This document shows, one piece after another, positions 48,892-62,089 of a stretch of DNA of 64,000 bases. The position numbers and the translations under genes are program-made. A model generated the notes under the pieces. It was not told where the DNA came from. It saw nothing but the letters and a program-made list of their open reading frames with translations, and searched no databases. The stretch comes from Takakia lepidozioides (Eukaryota; Plantae; Bryophyta), in NCBI GenBank assembly GCA_030704615.1, contig CM060731.1, forward strand, positions 372,001-436,000. Reading direction: 5' to 3'. Position 1 is the first letter of the stretch. Every line of letters starts with the position of its first letter.

Positions 48892-49269
48892 CGGTATGCG
48901 GGGCGAAGAGCTTCTCGTGGGAGGAGGATGACGACTGGGAATTGGATTTCGTGGAACGTATTTTAGCTTTCAGAGAATCAGGATGGAAGTACACGTTTAC
49001 CCAAACACGGGAGTCCATGTTGAAGACGGGACCTCTCGGTACGCTCCGCAGCGAAGTCCTGCAGTGAGAAGAGTGTGTCCTATTTAATAACACAAATGAT
49101 TTTCTGGAGGATTCCGTATCCAACAGGATGGGTGATCAGTGCACGTAAAGATGAAGGTATGTAACGTACGTTACAAAAACGGACGACAACAGCAAGTTCA
49201 CATCGGATATTTGGTGCCTGAATTGTAATGTACAACCACTTGGGCTACAATAAATCAGGCCTTCCCATG

Positions 49270-49669
49270 AATTTCGGCACCGAAATCTGGATGAACATCT
49301 CTGTCATGTAACAACTTTGGAAGCCAGGGGATGAATTCCGGCGACAGAAATAGTAATTTGTTCACCTCATGAAACTGACCAAGCATCCAACGGATGGATT
49401 TCGGTGCCGAAATTCGGATGAACATCTTCTTCATCAAATTGTTTCTGCACATGAGGGTTGAATTTGGATGCCAAAATACAGATGAATGTGTTCCTGATTA
49501 CAGTCGTGATTCACCACGTGTCCGGATATCGGTGCCGACATCCGAATGACAGTAATCCTGAATCGGCAGAATGGATGTATTTCGGCGCCGAAATTCATTC
49601 TTCATCTCCTTTTCCGACCCTAATTCTGCTGCCCTGCGGATGGATTTCGGTGCCGAAATTCATCTGAAG

Positions 49670-49711
<42 letters not shown>

Positions 49712-51090
49712 CTTTGCGACAGATGAACTTCGGCGCCGAATCTCATCCAAGTCCTCCCTTCTAATTTTCCTTTTTCTTCGCGAGCAATGAATTTCGGCGC
49801 CGAAATTCATCCGAAGTCCTCCCGAATTTATTTTTTTCTCCGCGAGCAATGAATTTCGGCGCCGAAATTCATCCGAAGTCCTCCCGAAATTTTTTTTTTT
49901 CTTCGCCAGCATTGAATTTCGGCGCCGAAATTCATCCGAAGTCCTCCCGAATTTTTTTTTTTCTTCGGGAGCAATGAATTTCGGCGCCGAAATTCATCCG
50001 AAGTCCTCCCGATTTTTTATTTTTTCTTCGCGAGCAATGAATTTCGGCGCCGAAATTCATCCGAAGTCCTCCCGAATTTATTTATTTTTCTTCGCGAGCA
50101 ATGAATTTCGGCGCCGAAATTCAACCGACTCCATCCCTCCAAATTCTTTTTAGGGTTTGAGCGCCGGATTTCGGCGCCGAAATTCATCCAATGCCCTCCC
50201 TCCAATATTTATTTTTCTTTGAAATGGATGAATTTCGGCGCCGAAATTCGTCCAAACCCGACACTTACTATTTGCTTCTGGATGATATAATTTTCCGTAA
50301 ATCGTTGGAAATACCCCGTTCCGACGAAGATAACAGGAATATTCTGCATTTAATGGAGAAATCGGCATATTGAACCCATTCTGTCAAAATTAATTGTATT
50401 TTAGCCGTTTTTTTCATTTGAAACCGACAGTATCCATTAAGTGGTCTTTTTCGCACGGGACGTTGCCGCACATAAAGGATAATTTCGGCGCCGAAATTAT
50501 AGTTAAATGTCCAGAAATGGCAAGTCCAACAGGCATGGACAGCATCCGTCAGGGGCAATGATGGCGGCAAAGCATAGCATGGTGCCGATTTAGTCTTCGC
50601 TCTGGATGAATTTCGGCGCCGAAATATGGATGATTTCACCTCGTCTACGCGTGGACGGAGATATTCGTAATGAATTTCGGCGCCGAAATATGGATGATTT
50701 CACCTCGTCTACGCGTGGACGGAGATATTCATAATGAATTTCGGCGCCGAAATATGGATGAAATGTGCCCAAGTGCAGCCGTTTCCACTGTTCCGGATTA
50801 ATTCCGGCTCCGATATCCCACTGACAGGTTTGCTCATGACGAATGAGGACTTGGGAAGCGATGAATTGCGGCGCCGAAATTTGTAAGTTTGTGTACGAAA
50901 GCACTTGAATAGGATGAATTTCGGCGCCGAAATTCATCCGTCCGCTGATGAAACGTACCGACCTGACTGTTGAATGTCATAGGCAGGGGATTTTCATGGC
51001 GGTTGGGTTTCATGATGTGCGGATATTTCATTCAATGTCGGCTGCTCCGGGAACAGCATCCGGTGAACGGAAGGTATTTCGGTGCCGCAA
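49270..51090. repeat. Array of palindrome GAATTTCGGCGCCGAAATTC (MULE subfamily 2 motif), including ~62-bp tandem units and a poly-T run
   Basis: Roughly twenty perfect or near-perfect copies. Poly-T at ~49672-49710. Confidence 0.92.
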
Positions 51091-51786
51091 TTCGGATAAA
51101 CCATCTTGTACTGGTGGCTGGAACTGGCACGCGTCGTGTTCCAGTCGACTTCATCCGTGCGAACGTGTCAGGGGTCACAATCTCTTCATCACCCATACGG
51201 CAGAAAGTGGTGGACGGTGGCAACGCTTCGGGAGACGTGGCTGCTTACACATCTGCTCGTGTAGAGTGGTTGCATGTTCCACCGCTTCGCTCTCTCGCTC
51301 CTTGCCCTTCTGCAGTGACATTCTCCTGCGTTTCCTCTCCTTATGCGGCATAGTGGTAGCATAGAGTTTGTGGAAGGTCAGGTGACTCCGGCAAAGAGAA
51401 GGAGGACGCGGGATTTTGGGAAGCCGCCGACGACACGACTTAAGCTCCGTCTCATGCATGAAATGTAGACCTCGTTATCCGGAGACTCGGATCGCCCACC
51501 AGTGAGAGATTCGTGCTTTGCGGATGTGAAGCACTCCATACGCAATATTCCTTTTACACCTTTTTTTTTGCGTGCAGTGTCTCATGTTTTCCTGTTTGTT
51601 TGACATGGGAGCTGGGAGGGATCGCAGGGGGGCGAAGCAACACAGTCAACTTTGGATACTCCTGCCCGGGTGCTGCGCTCGCAAGGTGGAAGTGCATCGA
51701 GGCAGGCGAGTCCTCATTCAACACCTCAGATATCGCCTCAGAAAAGCCCACCTAGAGTTCGGAAGTCGAGGAAGCAGAAGGAGCCC

Positions 51787-53223
51787 ATGGCTTCGCCAGT
51801 AAAACCCCTAGGGAGACTGGAAGCAGAGATATTGGGTTTGCAGTCAATTTCAAAAAACACGGATGCGGTGGAGGCCGCTGGAGATGTGGGAGTTGGATCT
51901 GCAGAAGGGCGGCCCATTGAGCTGACAGAAGGAGAGGACGACAACGTGGTACGACTTGGCGACGATCAGAACCTGCTGGAGCTTGCGGACTCTTATCTTT
52001 CAGGCATTTTGCTTCGTGAAGAAACATTAGAAATTCAAATTACGTGAAACAGGAAGACTTGTTGATTCCATAGTTGATCCACTGGAGTATAACGTCCTGT
52101 TCAACCATGTGGGAGAGAAGGACATTCTTTGTGATTTGTCGGGCAAGCCATGGAGGTATGGCAGGACCAGGAGTCCTGCATTCATCCCAGACGCTCATGG
52201 AAACATGTACGGATGTTGAAGGCAGGGTCCTCGACATCACTGCAAATACAGGTGAGAACGTTAATTGAATGCGGCACCAAAATTGACACCATTTCCGTTT
52301 GTGTATGTTTGCTTGTGCGAGGAAGCGACTCATTCTTGAGTTTGGTTGTGGTTGTGTCGTATGAATTTGCAGGTGCCTGTATGTGGGCGGGAAGGATGTC
52401 GAACCGATTTGTGTTCTCATTTGAGGGGGATACGGCCTTGTACGATTACAATTTGGCGGGCCTTCAGCGTTTGCCTCCGACTGAGGATCCCAAAAACGCA
52501 GAAGATGACGTGGAAGGGGAGGAAGGAAGATGAAGAGGAGGAAGTCCAGGAAATTCGTTCGATGCAGGGGCGCCCGAAGCCGCTTCCCCCAATGCCTGTC
52601 TTCGAGTGAGTTGCACCATAGTAAGTGTATTGGTTTCGGTTGTAGGGACCATGCAACCTGCCGATGATTCCCTGTTTGAATTCTCTAATGTACTTCATTC
52701 TATGTTTGTGCGTACACTCAGCCTTGCAGAGTCGTCCGACGAGGAGAAGCTGGGAGACTTGCCCGAATCGGACCCTGTTGCAGAGGAAGAGACAGAATCG
52801 CATCGGCCATTCTTTGCCAGAAAATCGTTTCTCGCGAGTCCCCAGAAGCCTTTTTTTCTACCAGCCTATGCAGACACGGCTGCCAGAGAAGCCATCAGCA
52901 GGGAGGATAGGCCTACTCGGTTAGAGCAATTGACATACGGGAATGAGCAGAGAATTATAATGAGGCGTGAGGCCAAACATAGAATTGTGAAAGGCAGAGT
53001 AGGGAAGTTCGTAATAGAATCCGCGTCCGAGAGCGAGGGGAATGTTGAGGACACTTCCGCACCCAAGTGGACAGTTCCGGCTGGTGAGGATGGTATTTTT
53101 GAGGGGAGGGCTTCTCAGAGTAACAGCGGTAACGGCAGTGCAGGTTCGGAGGCAGGTGGAAGGCAGCCATCCTTGCATGAGGCCGGGGATGCATCGGACA
53201 GTGATAGCGGATCCTCACCATAG
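51787..53223 (+). pseudogene. Deleted ParB-MTase accessory gene (retains MTase motifs X-I-II and the C-terminus)
   Basis: RYGRTRSPAF..TLMETCTDVEGRVLDITANTG|ACMWAGRMSNRFVFSFEGD, with intron 52252-52372 at the same site as in copy A. PFFARKSFL...KWTVPAGEDGIFE matches 5555-6043. Confidence 0.82.
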
Positions 53224-53915
53224 CAAAGTCTCATTTGGATCCTTTTGTTGTACAGTTCTGAAACACTTAATGAAAATATTGACGATTTGAAAAATCATTG
53301 TGTTCGGACTGCTTGTCCGATTCCCTACATTTCTTCCGCCAACCAAAATGTATAATAAAAGCAGAAGAGACGCAAACTTCATTGAAGAACCCTACAAGTA
53401 ATTTATGCACACCATCGAGCCGAGAACTTGAAGCCATGAAAACCCTGCCGTTTCTAACATTCCTATTGGGAAATTTGGCGCCGAAATAGCCCAATGCGCG
53501 CCTTCGTTATATGGGCCTCAAAAATTCCACGGATGAATTACTGTACCAAAATATCGCGATGGAAGCCTTCAGCACAAGGCACTTCAGCACATTCCACTTG
53601 GGTATTTCGGCGCCCAAATAGCCCGTTCTGCGCCATTAAATACCGCACTATATCACATTTTAAGAGGTAATTTCGGTGCCGAAATACCCCGGTGGATGTC
53701 TTCAAAACACCATTTTAGCACACTGCTCTTGGGAATAATGGCGCCGAAATACCTCATTCCGCATCCTGGACTAGGAGAAACAGACCCTATTACCGAGGTA
53801 AGAGGACATAACACCGTCAATAAAGGCAGGAAAATTCCAATTCCGCGGATGTCCACTCATGAGCTCATAGGCTCATGGGCTCATGGGCTCATGCGCTCAT
53901 GAAATAGTAAACCTC

Positions 53916-55533
53916 CTGGTGGCCTACTTTATTCAAAGATGTACACAAGTATTGTCAAAATTGTGATGATTGTCAGAGGCTAGGACCTTTGCAGAGATCT
54001 GGAAGGATGGCCTTGCATCCTACAATGCCTACGGAACCATTTCAGAAATGGGGACTAGACTTTGTTGGACCAATTAACCCACCAGCCAAGAATACACGGA
54101 ACAGGTACATAATTACAGCCACTGATTATACTACGAAGTGGGTGGAAGCTAAAGCTTTGAGGGACAACACAGCCAAGTCCACAGCAAGGTTCCTGTATGA
54201 GAACATACTTACACGATTTGGCTGTCCCTCAGAATTTATCAGTGATCAGGGAAGTCACTTCATTAATGAGACCATTGAATTGTTGACTAAAGAGTTCATG
54301 ATTGTGCATAGAAAGAGTACAACATATTACCCACAGGGTAATGGGCAGGCAGAGGCTACCAACAAAATACTATGTACTATCTTGGCTAAGATAGTCCATG
54401 CAAACAGAACGGATTGGGATACAAAGCTGCTGACAGCTTTGTGGTCATACAGGACTTCATATAAAGTCACCACTAAGTATACACCATTCCAATTAGTTTA
54501 CGGTATGGAAGCCTTACTTCCAGTGGAATTCCTGTTACCTACCATGAGAACGGAATGGGGAAAGAGAATGGAATTGCAAGATTCCATTAAGGTCAGGAAA
54601 CATGAATTATACCATGTGGAAGAAGTACGTGCTGATGCAGCTGATAATATGACCAGAATTCAGATGAAGAGGAAGGAACAGTTTGATGAAGGCAAGTTAA
54701 AGACTTTTAAGACGGGAGATTTGGTTCTATGGTTGCAGAAGAAAGGAAAGATTAAAGCTTCTAAGCTTAAATCACCATGGAAAGGACCTTATGTCATACA
54801 AAAGATGTATGATAACAACAGCGCCATGTTACAAACCATTAACAAAGAGATGCTGGGAAGAGTCAATGCTAATAAGTTGAAGGGGTATAGTGGTATCCAT
54901 GACAAACCATTGCGGCATGATTTGCATGTTGAAACGCAAGAGCAGTTATGGGCTGCGCCAGTGTTACCAACGGAGTATGGAGCACTTGTCGCTAGGCCGG
55001 GCATATATGACCAGGGCGGGCAAAACAGGCGCGATACAGCCTATCACAACCCATCAAGGCGCGACACAGCCTATCACAGCCCATCACGACGTGACACAGC
55101 CTATCACAGCCCATCAAGGCGCGACACAGCCTATCACAGCCCATCAAGGTGCGACACAGCCTATCACAGCCCATCACGACGTGACACAGCCTATCACAGC
55201 CCAGCACGGTGCAACACAGCCTATCACAACCTACCACAGCGTGTCACAGCCTATCACAGCTCACCACAGTGCATCACAGCCTATCACAGCGTACCACAGT
55301 ATGACACAGCCTGTCACAGCTCAACACAGCCTACTAGGGTTACACAATCCATAGAATCAGTGACAGGTGGACGCAGGATAACTTCAGGGAAATGGCCGAC
55401 GGAAGAAAGGACGGAAGCCAGTTTAGAAAAAGGACACGTGGAAGTCAAGGCGCGACACACAGCTAAGAAGGAAATGCAAGAACCGGTGTCATCAAGAAAG
55501 AGGACAAGAATGGCCGTCAAAGTACCTACTTAG
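53916..55533 (+). CDS. G1 integrase with C-terminal 10-aa repeats
   Basis: CDDC, WGLDFVGP, SDQGSHF, PQGNGQAE, WKGPY. Confidence 0.92.
55030..55325. repeat. 30-bp tandem repeat (GACACAGCCTATCACAGCCCATCAAGGCGC)
   Basis: About ten units. A shorter array lies at 20420-20537. Confidence 0.9.
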
Positions 55534-56042
55534 CGCGTCAATTCGAATGAATGACGGGCCCAATAATGAATACGGAAAAGGGGCAACAGAACAAACGACA
55601 AGTACAGAAAAGCGAAATTCTTGTCACATGTGTTATCCTAATGGACAGTCCAGCAGGGAAAGTCCACTAAAGAAAATTAAATCTAAAATCCAGTCAAAGA
55701 AGTTACAGCCAATCAAAAGCCAGAAAAAAGATCAAGAAATTGGAGGAAATTTAAGCGCAACAGTTGGCGTCGTTCTGAGTAACGGGCGTCTCGACGGGAC
55801 AAACCATCAATGCTATAGCTTTGAAGCTATGGAGGAACTAACAGACTATACGCTCGCAATATTACTTACGCAGTGGCATAGGGACGAAACAACAGAGCGG
55901 ATCTTTTCTCTTGAGCGATGCTTGCAAGCCCCGCAGGCTTACAAGAAATTACCCATAGCTTTTTGTGGCAACCATACGTTTATGCTTTGTGCACTACAGG
56001 CATTTCTTCAATTGTTACAGAAAACATTTTTGTGGGTCTAGA

Positions 56043-59000
56043 ATGAAGAGAGTGAGAGAAATGGAGGAAATCAGGGTGAAGAGCACCACAATTCTGCAGA
56101 AACAATTGATTGCTACCCCACAGGCGATACAGATACTGAAGGAGCTGAGATTGCAAGGATTGCAAAGCAAAGATTGGACATTGCACCATAGACAGTACAT
56201 GTTACAATTCTTACAGAACTTTGAGCCAAGGACAGGAGCAACAACGGTGAAGGGAGTTGAATTAGTAATTACTCCCCTATACCTACAGCAATTGTTTCGA
56301 TTGCCAGCAGGCCAGGTGCATGTGGAGGAGCACAGGGCAAGACTGCAAATAGGGGACTTATTCCAAGAAGGGAGTTTCTTTAAAACTCAGGGTTATGCTT
56401 GTACCAGGGCCGTGTACCCAGGGCTTAAGGAGGTAGGCCAGGTATTGAACGTTCTGTTTGCCATGAAACAGAACCAACAGTATTTGAGCAGATCCTTCAC
56501 AGAGGAAATACTCAAAGCCCTGAGAGGAGAAGAGGTAGAATGGGAGGACATAATGTACAACGCACTGGTAGAGGAGATGAAAAGATTACAGGGTACTGCC
56601 GCAAAGTCTCCTATCATAGTGTCTGGCCCAATCATTGCTCAAATAATTCTTGATTCTGGCATACTTGATGCGCGAGAAAGGAAGGAGATGGGAGTGTTTG
56701 AGCCAGAAACCACTGCAATGGAAGAGCAAGGCTCTTCACACAGTGAGGGTGGACTGGCAGAGCAACCTCAAACTAAGAGACAGAGGCGGGGAAAGACTGT
56801 AATGGCGGATCCATTGGCTTCACGGAATCCGCATGATAATGTTTCCCAAGTTTTTGTGCAGGAAGGGGCACAGCAGCACAGAGAACTGCTATTACTAGAA
56901 GCAGGACCTTCAGAGAGGGAAGAGGAAGTTACTTCAGTATCACAGCCATCACAGCCAGATGATCGGCTTGTCACAAGGTTACCACAAGTTGTCCATGCAG
57001 CTCAACCAGAAATAATTGATTTGGAAAAAGAAGGGTTAGATATTCCCACTACAGAACAGATAGTGGCAGAAATTGAGAAGGGGGACCTTCTCTATGAATA
57101 TTCTGGTCTGGTCAAGGAGACTGAGATTCCAGAGGGGCAACAGTTGCCCAAGGGAAATCCTGAGGTGCATATAATACACACACCTGTGCCGGACGTACCA
57201 CAGGTAGAATGTCAAGACACTGCAGCACCGGTGATGGATGAAGTGGTTTAGGAAGAAAATCTGGTGGGACAATGGCCTGAGTGGTTCGTGAGACAGCACA
57301 CTGTTGAGGATCAGGGAGAACAGCAGCAAGCTCACCATGATGACCCTCAACATGCAATGCTTATGAGTTCCATAGGCAGGACACTTAATTTGTTGGGGAC
57401 TTATGTCAAATCCCATGTTCCAACTACCCAATTGACAGCCTTGAGAGAGGAACTCAGGAAGGAGTTTGAGGCTCGACTAGCCACTGAGTTTGCAAACAAG
57501 GTCGTTGAGGAGGTCACTCTCAAGATGCAGCAAGACTTGGAGAGTACAAAAACGGCTTTGCAATTGGCCAAGGAACAATTGATTGAGGCAGGCCTCGCGC
57601 AAGACCAGTTGCACGAAGCACATAAGCAACAGCTATACCAAATGCAGGTGAAGCATGAAAGCAAGTTGCAAGAAGTGAATGCACTACATACGGAGTTGCA
57701 GACAGTGCATGACAGGATGGCCATACAATGTGCTACATTCACAACTATGCTTGACCAATCTACAAAAGAAATAAACAGTCAAGCGGAAAAATGTACGAAG
57801 GCAGAAGCAGAGAATGTTGAGCAAATGAAACTCATTGTCGATATGAAAAATACAATCTGTCGCAATGAGGATACTTTCAAGCAATACAGGCAGATTGAAG
57901 CTGAACAAGAGATGCACATCCTGGAGTTGCAACAAACGATCATGGCCAATAGAAATGAAATCTCGGTCACTAACAAGGCTTGGAAGGAAGCCAATAATCT
58001 ACTTGCTGCCTATGCGAATTTGGTTGAACCTCATGCGAAGCGCATGGAGGCTTTACAACAGCAATTAGATGTGTACAAACTAAGAGAGGAGCACACTCTC
58101 AGAGGAACCACAAGCAACTTGGTGGATAACCACCTTATGCAGGTCTGGTTAGCACAAGGGCCAGTGGAGGGCAAAGCACCACGAAAGCTCACCCAAAGCG
58201 AGATGAATGAGCTCAGACTGCAAGTGTAGAACATTGCCACAACTACTATAGACAATGTCTATAGTAAGATAGCGGAGTTACAGGAGGATGTAGACGGACT
58301 GCAGACTCAAGTGGAGGACCTCACTTCAAATATCGACAAAAGAGCCTATATACCTGAGGAACAGTTAATGGCTTCTTATTTACAAGCCAGAACTTTGGCT
58401 TTTCAGTCTTCTTCACAGGAGGTGCAGGAGATGCCAATGATACAAGAGCCAGTGCCACCAACACCACAACAAGTCACTGTGCCAGTAGCTGACCCTGTTG
58501 TTACTACAACCACACCACAGCCACCACAGCCTGAGGTATGGGGCAATGCTGCTTTTAACCCACCTAAAACTCCAGCTGCAAGGGAGTACAGTAGGGCTAT
58601 GATTATGCCCTTCAACCAAATTCCCATCATGTTGGATTTGGCTTGGAAAGAATTTAGTCCTCCGCAGTCATTGGCACATTACTACCAAATCATGCGCATT
58701 TGGCTGCCAGTGGCAACTAGGACTAAAGTTCTTCCGAACAATCGACCAATTGAGGATCATCACTTTGCACAATACTGGCATGAGGCAGATACAATGTTGA
58801 AGGAATTAATTGCCTTCCAAGTTGTACATGGATTCATTTATACCAAAACCAAGGAGGTAGCAAGTATTGTCCTGGGATGCGGGTTATACTACGCTGCTTG
58901 TTTTCTGGTACGTTATCACATTGAACAGCACAAGATGCAATCGCGCTTTCTGAGTTATTCTAGTGGGGATCATTGGGTCTTACCTTCAGTACCACCTCAT

Positions 59001-59600
59001 ATGTACCTATATGAGGCAAAAGTTATGATGCAAAAGGATTCTCAAATTCGTTCATGGTTTCATGTGGCCTGAAACAATTTGTCAACACAGAAATTCGGCA
59101 TTGATGATATTTTCTATAAGGGACATGTGACATGGAAATACTTGCACAATTCACAAGTCATTGGTACCCCACTCACCTGGACAGACAAGGAGCTCAGGGT
59201 CTTCACCAATTTTGTCATTCAACGTTTACAGCAAGTTTTAAAATATAAACTTCCAGACATGGTAGGACAACATTGTATGCCCCAGAGGATTCCACAAAAA
59301 GTTCGACAATTAAAATGCCTGAGAGGCGATGAGGATTCTGATACAACTGTTTCTTCAGCGGATTCTTTTGACATGGGAGAAGACTATGCAATTCAGATGG
59401 CAGGGAAGAAGCGACGGGGGTCTCCTATGCCTGAAAGGTTACCTCGATATCAGCCTCCAAAGGGCCTCACTTATCCGGGTAGTGTTCAATCATCTCCGTC
59501 AACCAGTGACAGACCTCGGGCTCGTACACACAGTCCGCCACGAAACTCTCAACGTCAGAAAGGTGCTCGCTCACAAAGGTTTCCTAATCCCAATCAGTAA
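56043..59600 (+). pseudogene. G1 additional post-pol ORF (single frame with a few in-frame stops)
   Basis: ORFs 55965-57251, 57264-58229, 58311-59072 and 59079-59600 are all in one frame. Homolog at 9481-13030. Confidence 0.82.
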
Positions 59601-59638
59601 ACCGTGAGGACACGGCTTTTTGAGAGGGGAAAGGGTAA

Positions 59639-60569
59639 TGTTAGAGGACTGTCTGGGACTTAGACACTTATACGGGATCTGTGGGGTACCCTTAATTTTT
59701 GCACAGACTGAGACCAACAGGAGCCTTAGGGGTGACAGCAGCGCACTTTAGAGGGGGGTTACACAGCTCGTCACAGCCAACATAGCCCGTCACAGCCCGA
59801 CACAGCCCAACACAGTCGCACAGCCAGTCACAGCCCAACACAGTCGCGCAGCCAGTCACAGCCCGTCACAGTTTCACACAGCCAGTCACAGCTTGACACA
59901 GCTGTCACGACCATAAGGAACGGAGAGCAGGACAGGGAACGACTGTGAGGAACAACACCTGCGAATGGAACATGTTAGTTCAAGGATGACGGTTAGTAAG
60001 GGAAACGGTTAGAACAACGGGTAGGAAGATAAAGCTAGGAGCAAGGACTGGAAAAAGATCGATTCGGGAGATCACTTCTTGGTGGGGGACTTCTGGCATC
60101 AGGACTTGGAAATAGAGGGGAGAACACATCTCTGAGTGGAAAGATGAAGACCACGGAGTAGGAGAAGTGACGATCTGTTGTTACTTGATGAATGCAAGCT
60201 ATAGAATTGTAATGTAGAGTAGATTAGAGACACCATGGCTTCAGCCTGATACTTGATAGATATTAATCTGATACATACTTCATACTCACACTGTGTAGAG
60301 AGATCTGAGTGAAGCTGTGGAATGAATGGATGAGTTGATGGAATCCGATAGAATGATGAAGCAAACTGATACTTAATTATCAATAGTAAGGTAGCTAGCT
60401 AACATGAATGCGGAAAGGAAAACAAATAGGAAACACCCCCATGATACACTAGCTGTAGGTCATGACTGATTGTTCTGAGCGGGCTGAGTACTTAGAGATT
60501 TCCAACTCTTCTATCTTGGAGTTTCCACCTCGGATAGCGAAGGGATGGGTGAGTAAAAGCCGCGCGACA
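59639..60569 (+). repeat. G1 3' LTR preceded by PPT
   Basis: PPT GAGAGGGGAAAGGG at ~59622-59635. Runs TGTTAGAGG...GCGACA. Confidence 0.93.
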
Positions 60570-60574
60570 CCACT

Positions 60575-61640
60575 ACAAACTCTCTTCCCTCATCATCCAC
60601 CTGTGTGAGCACCGCTCCAAGCCCCAGCATGCTCCAATCTGTATGCAGCTGAAAAGGACGCCCCCTGATAGGTCGTCTCAAGATGGGCGCCGAGGTCAAC
60701 CTCGCCTTGAGCTCTTGAAAAGCTTGTTCTTGCTCATCTTCCCACTGCCACTCCTAGTCCACCTTGGTCAGCTTGGTTAGAGCCTTTGCAATGGCACTAA
60801 ATCCCTTAACAAACCGTCTGTAATAGTTTGCTAACCCCATGAAAGCTCGAACTCGGCTCACATCCGTGGGGCGTGGAACCTGTGCAATGGACTCTACCTT
60901 AGTCTGTTGTACCCCCAATCCTCCAGGATATATCATGTGACCCAGATCTTAATCTGGTTGTGGAAAAACTTGCACTTGCCCGGATGTAACTTCAATCCGT
61001 GCGTCCTCAAGCGCTCAAATACCCCTGAAGGTGTCTCTCATGCTCCTCCACCGTAGCACTAAAGATGATGATGTCATCTATGTAGCACCGAGCAAAGTTC
61101 ACCCCTGCTAGAATCCTGTCCATGACTCTTTGAAACTCAGCGGGAGCGTTTTTAAGCCCAAATGGTAAGAACCGCCATTGGTATAGGCAATCCTTCCCGT
61201 GCTCATTGATCCCCCAGAATGCCGTCTTTTGCTTATCCGCCTCCTTGATCGGGAACTGGTGATATCCGGATCGTAAATCCAACGTGCTAAAGACCTTGGA
61301 ATGCCCAATGGCATCAAAGATCTCCTCTGGTGTCGGCATGGCATACCTATCGGACTTGGTCTGACGATTTACAGGCTGGTAATCACCGCACATACGTCTC
61401 TCCGTCCAATTGCCATAGACATCCTTCTTGGCTGACATCACTGTGGCTAAAGCATACTCTCCACCAGAGAGCTCTACCAAACCTGCCTCCCAGAGATCTT
61501 GAGTCCTCATCTGAATCAAAGACCTCTCCATGTCACTGTATCTATAGGGTCTCCGAAAGATTGGCGTGTCAGTGGCCAACTCAATACGGATCTCTTGACC
61601 CTTCAGTGCTCCCAAGTCCTTCAAACTGAAGGCAAAGCAA
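60575..61640 (-). pseudogene. RT and RNase H of the DNMT-Gypsy
   Basis: ORFs 61007-61624, 60754-60936 and 60511-60699. Confidence 0.9.
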
Positions 61641-62089
61641 TTCCTGTAAGCCCTCAGGAACCGCCGTATACGTCGTCTCTCTCCTCCGGTGACAATGGGT
61701 CCAATGTCAGGCTCCCAATTGTCCTCCGTAACTGCAACCTTAAGTCCAGTGGGCTTAGAGGTAGAGGACGCGTCCCGTGGTTGCTATGTTGCAACCTCTT
61801 GAGTAGTACTCCCTTCCTGCTCAGTCAATGACAAGGCCTCATCTTGCCCCATCATCTCATCATTGAGAACCTCCTCATCCCGAGAAGAATCCCCAACCTC
61901 ATCCATCACAGCTGCCTTGGCTGCCAACTCCCTCTGAACCTCGAGCACCTCCCACGTGTGCCATGGATGTCTACACCCCGTGGTCCTCACTGGCTCGCCC
62001 CCACTTGCTACCTGTACCATCTCGGTAGGCAGAGAGACCGTCAAGGGAAGTGCACTCCGCACTATACGTTGCTCAGCCATAGCCAAGCT

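Larger units (their letters stand above)
46390..53915. mobile_element. Internally deleted MULE (copy C) with TIRs and 10-bp TSD CTGGTGGCCT
   Basis: Left end GGGGGTTGCTATTCCATGAGC; right end GCTCATGAAATAGTAAACCTC. TSD at 46380-46389 and 53916-53925. The host integrase reads GYWWP|TLFKDV after excision. Confidence 0.92.
33398..60569 (+). mobile_element. G1 Gypsy element with nested insertions, flanked by 5-bp TSD CCACT
   Basis: 5' LTR starts TGTTAGAGG at 33398 after CCACT (33393-33397). 3' LTR ends at 60569 before CCACT (60570-60574). The interrupted host ORF rejoins in frame. Confidence 0.85.

Noticed and set aside
49672-49710. Poly-A tail of a LINE/SINE insertion
   Set aside because: It is an expansion of the T-tract present in each neighbouring 62-bp unit; no TSD or element body is seen.
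56043-59600. Host gene or retroviral env
   Set aside because: It lies between pol and the PPT in both copies, has no introns, and shows no evident signal peptide or transmembrane helix.
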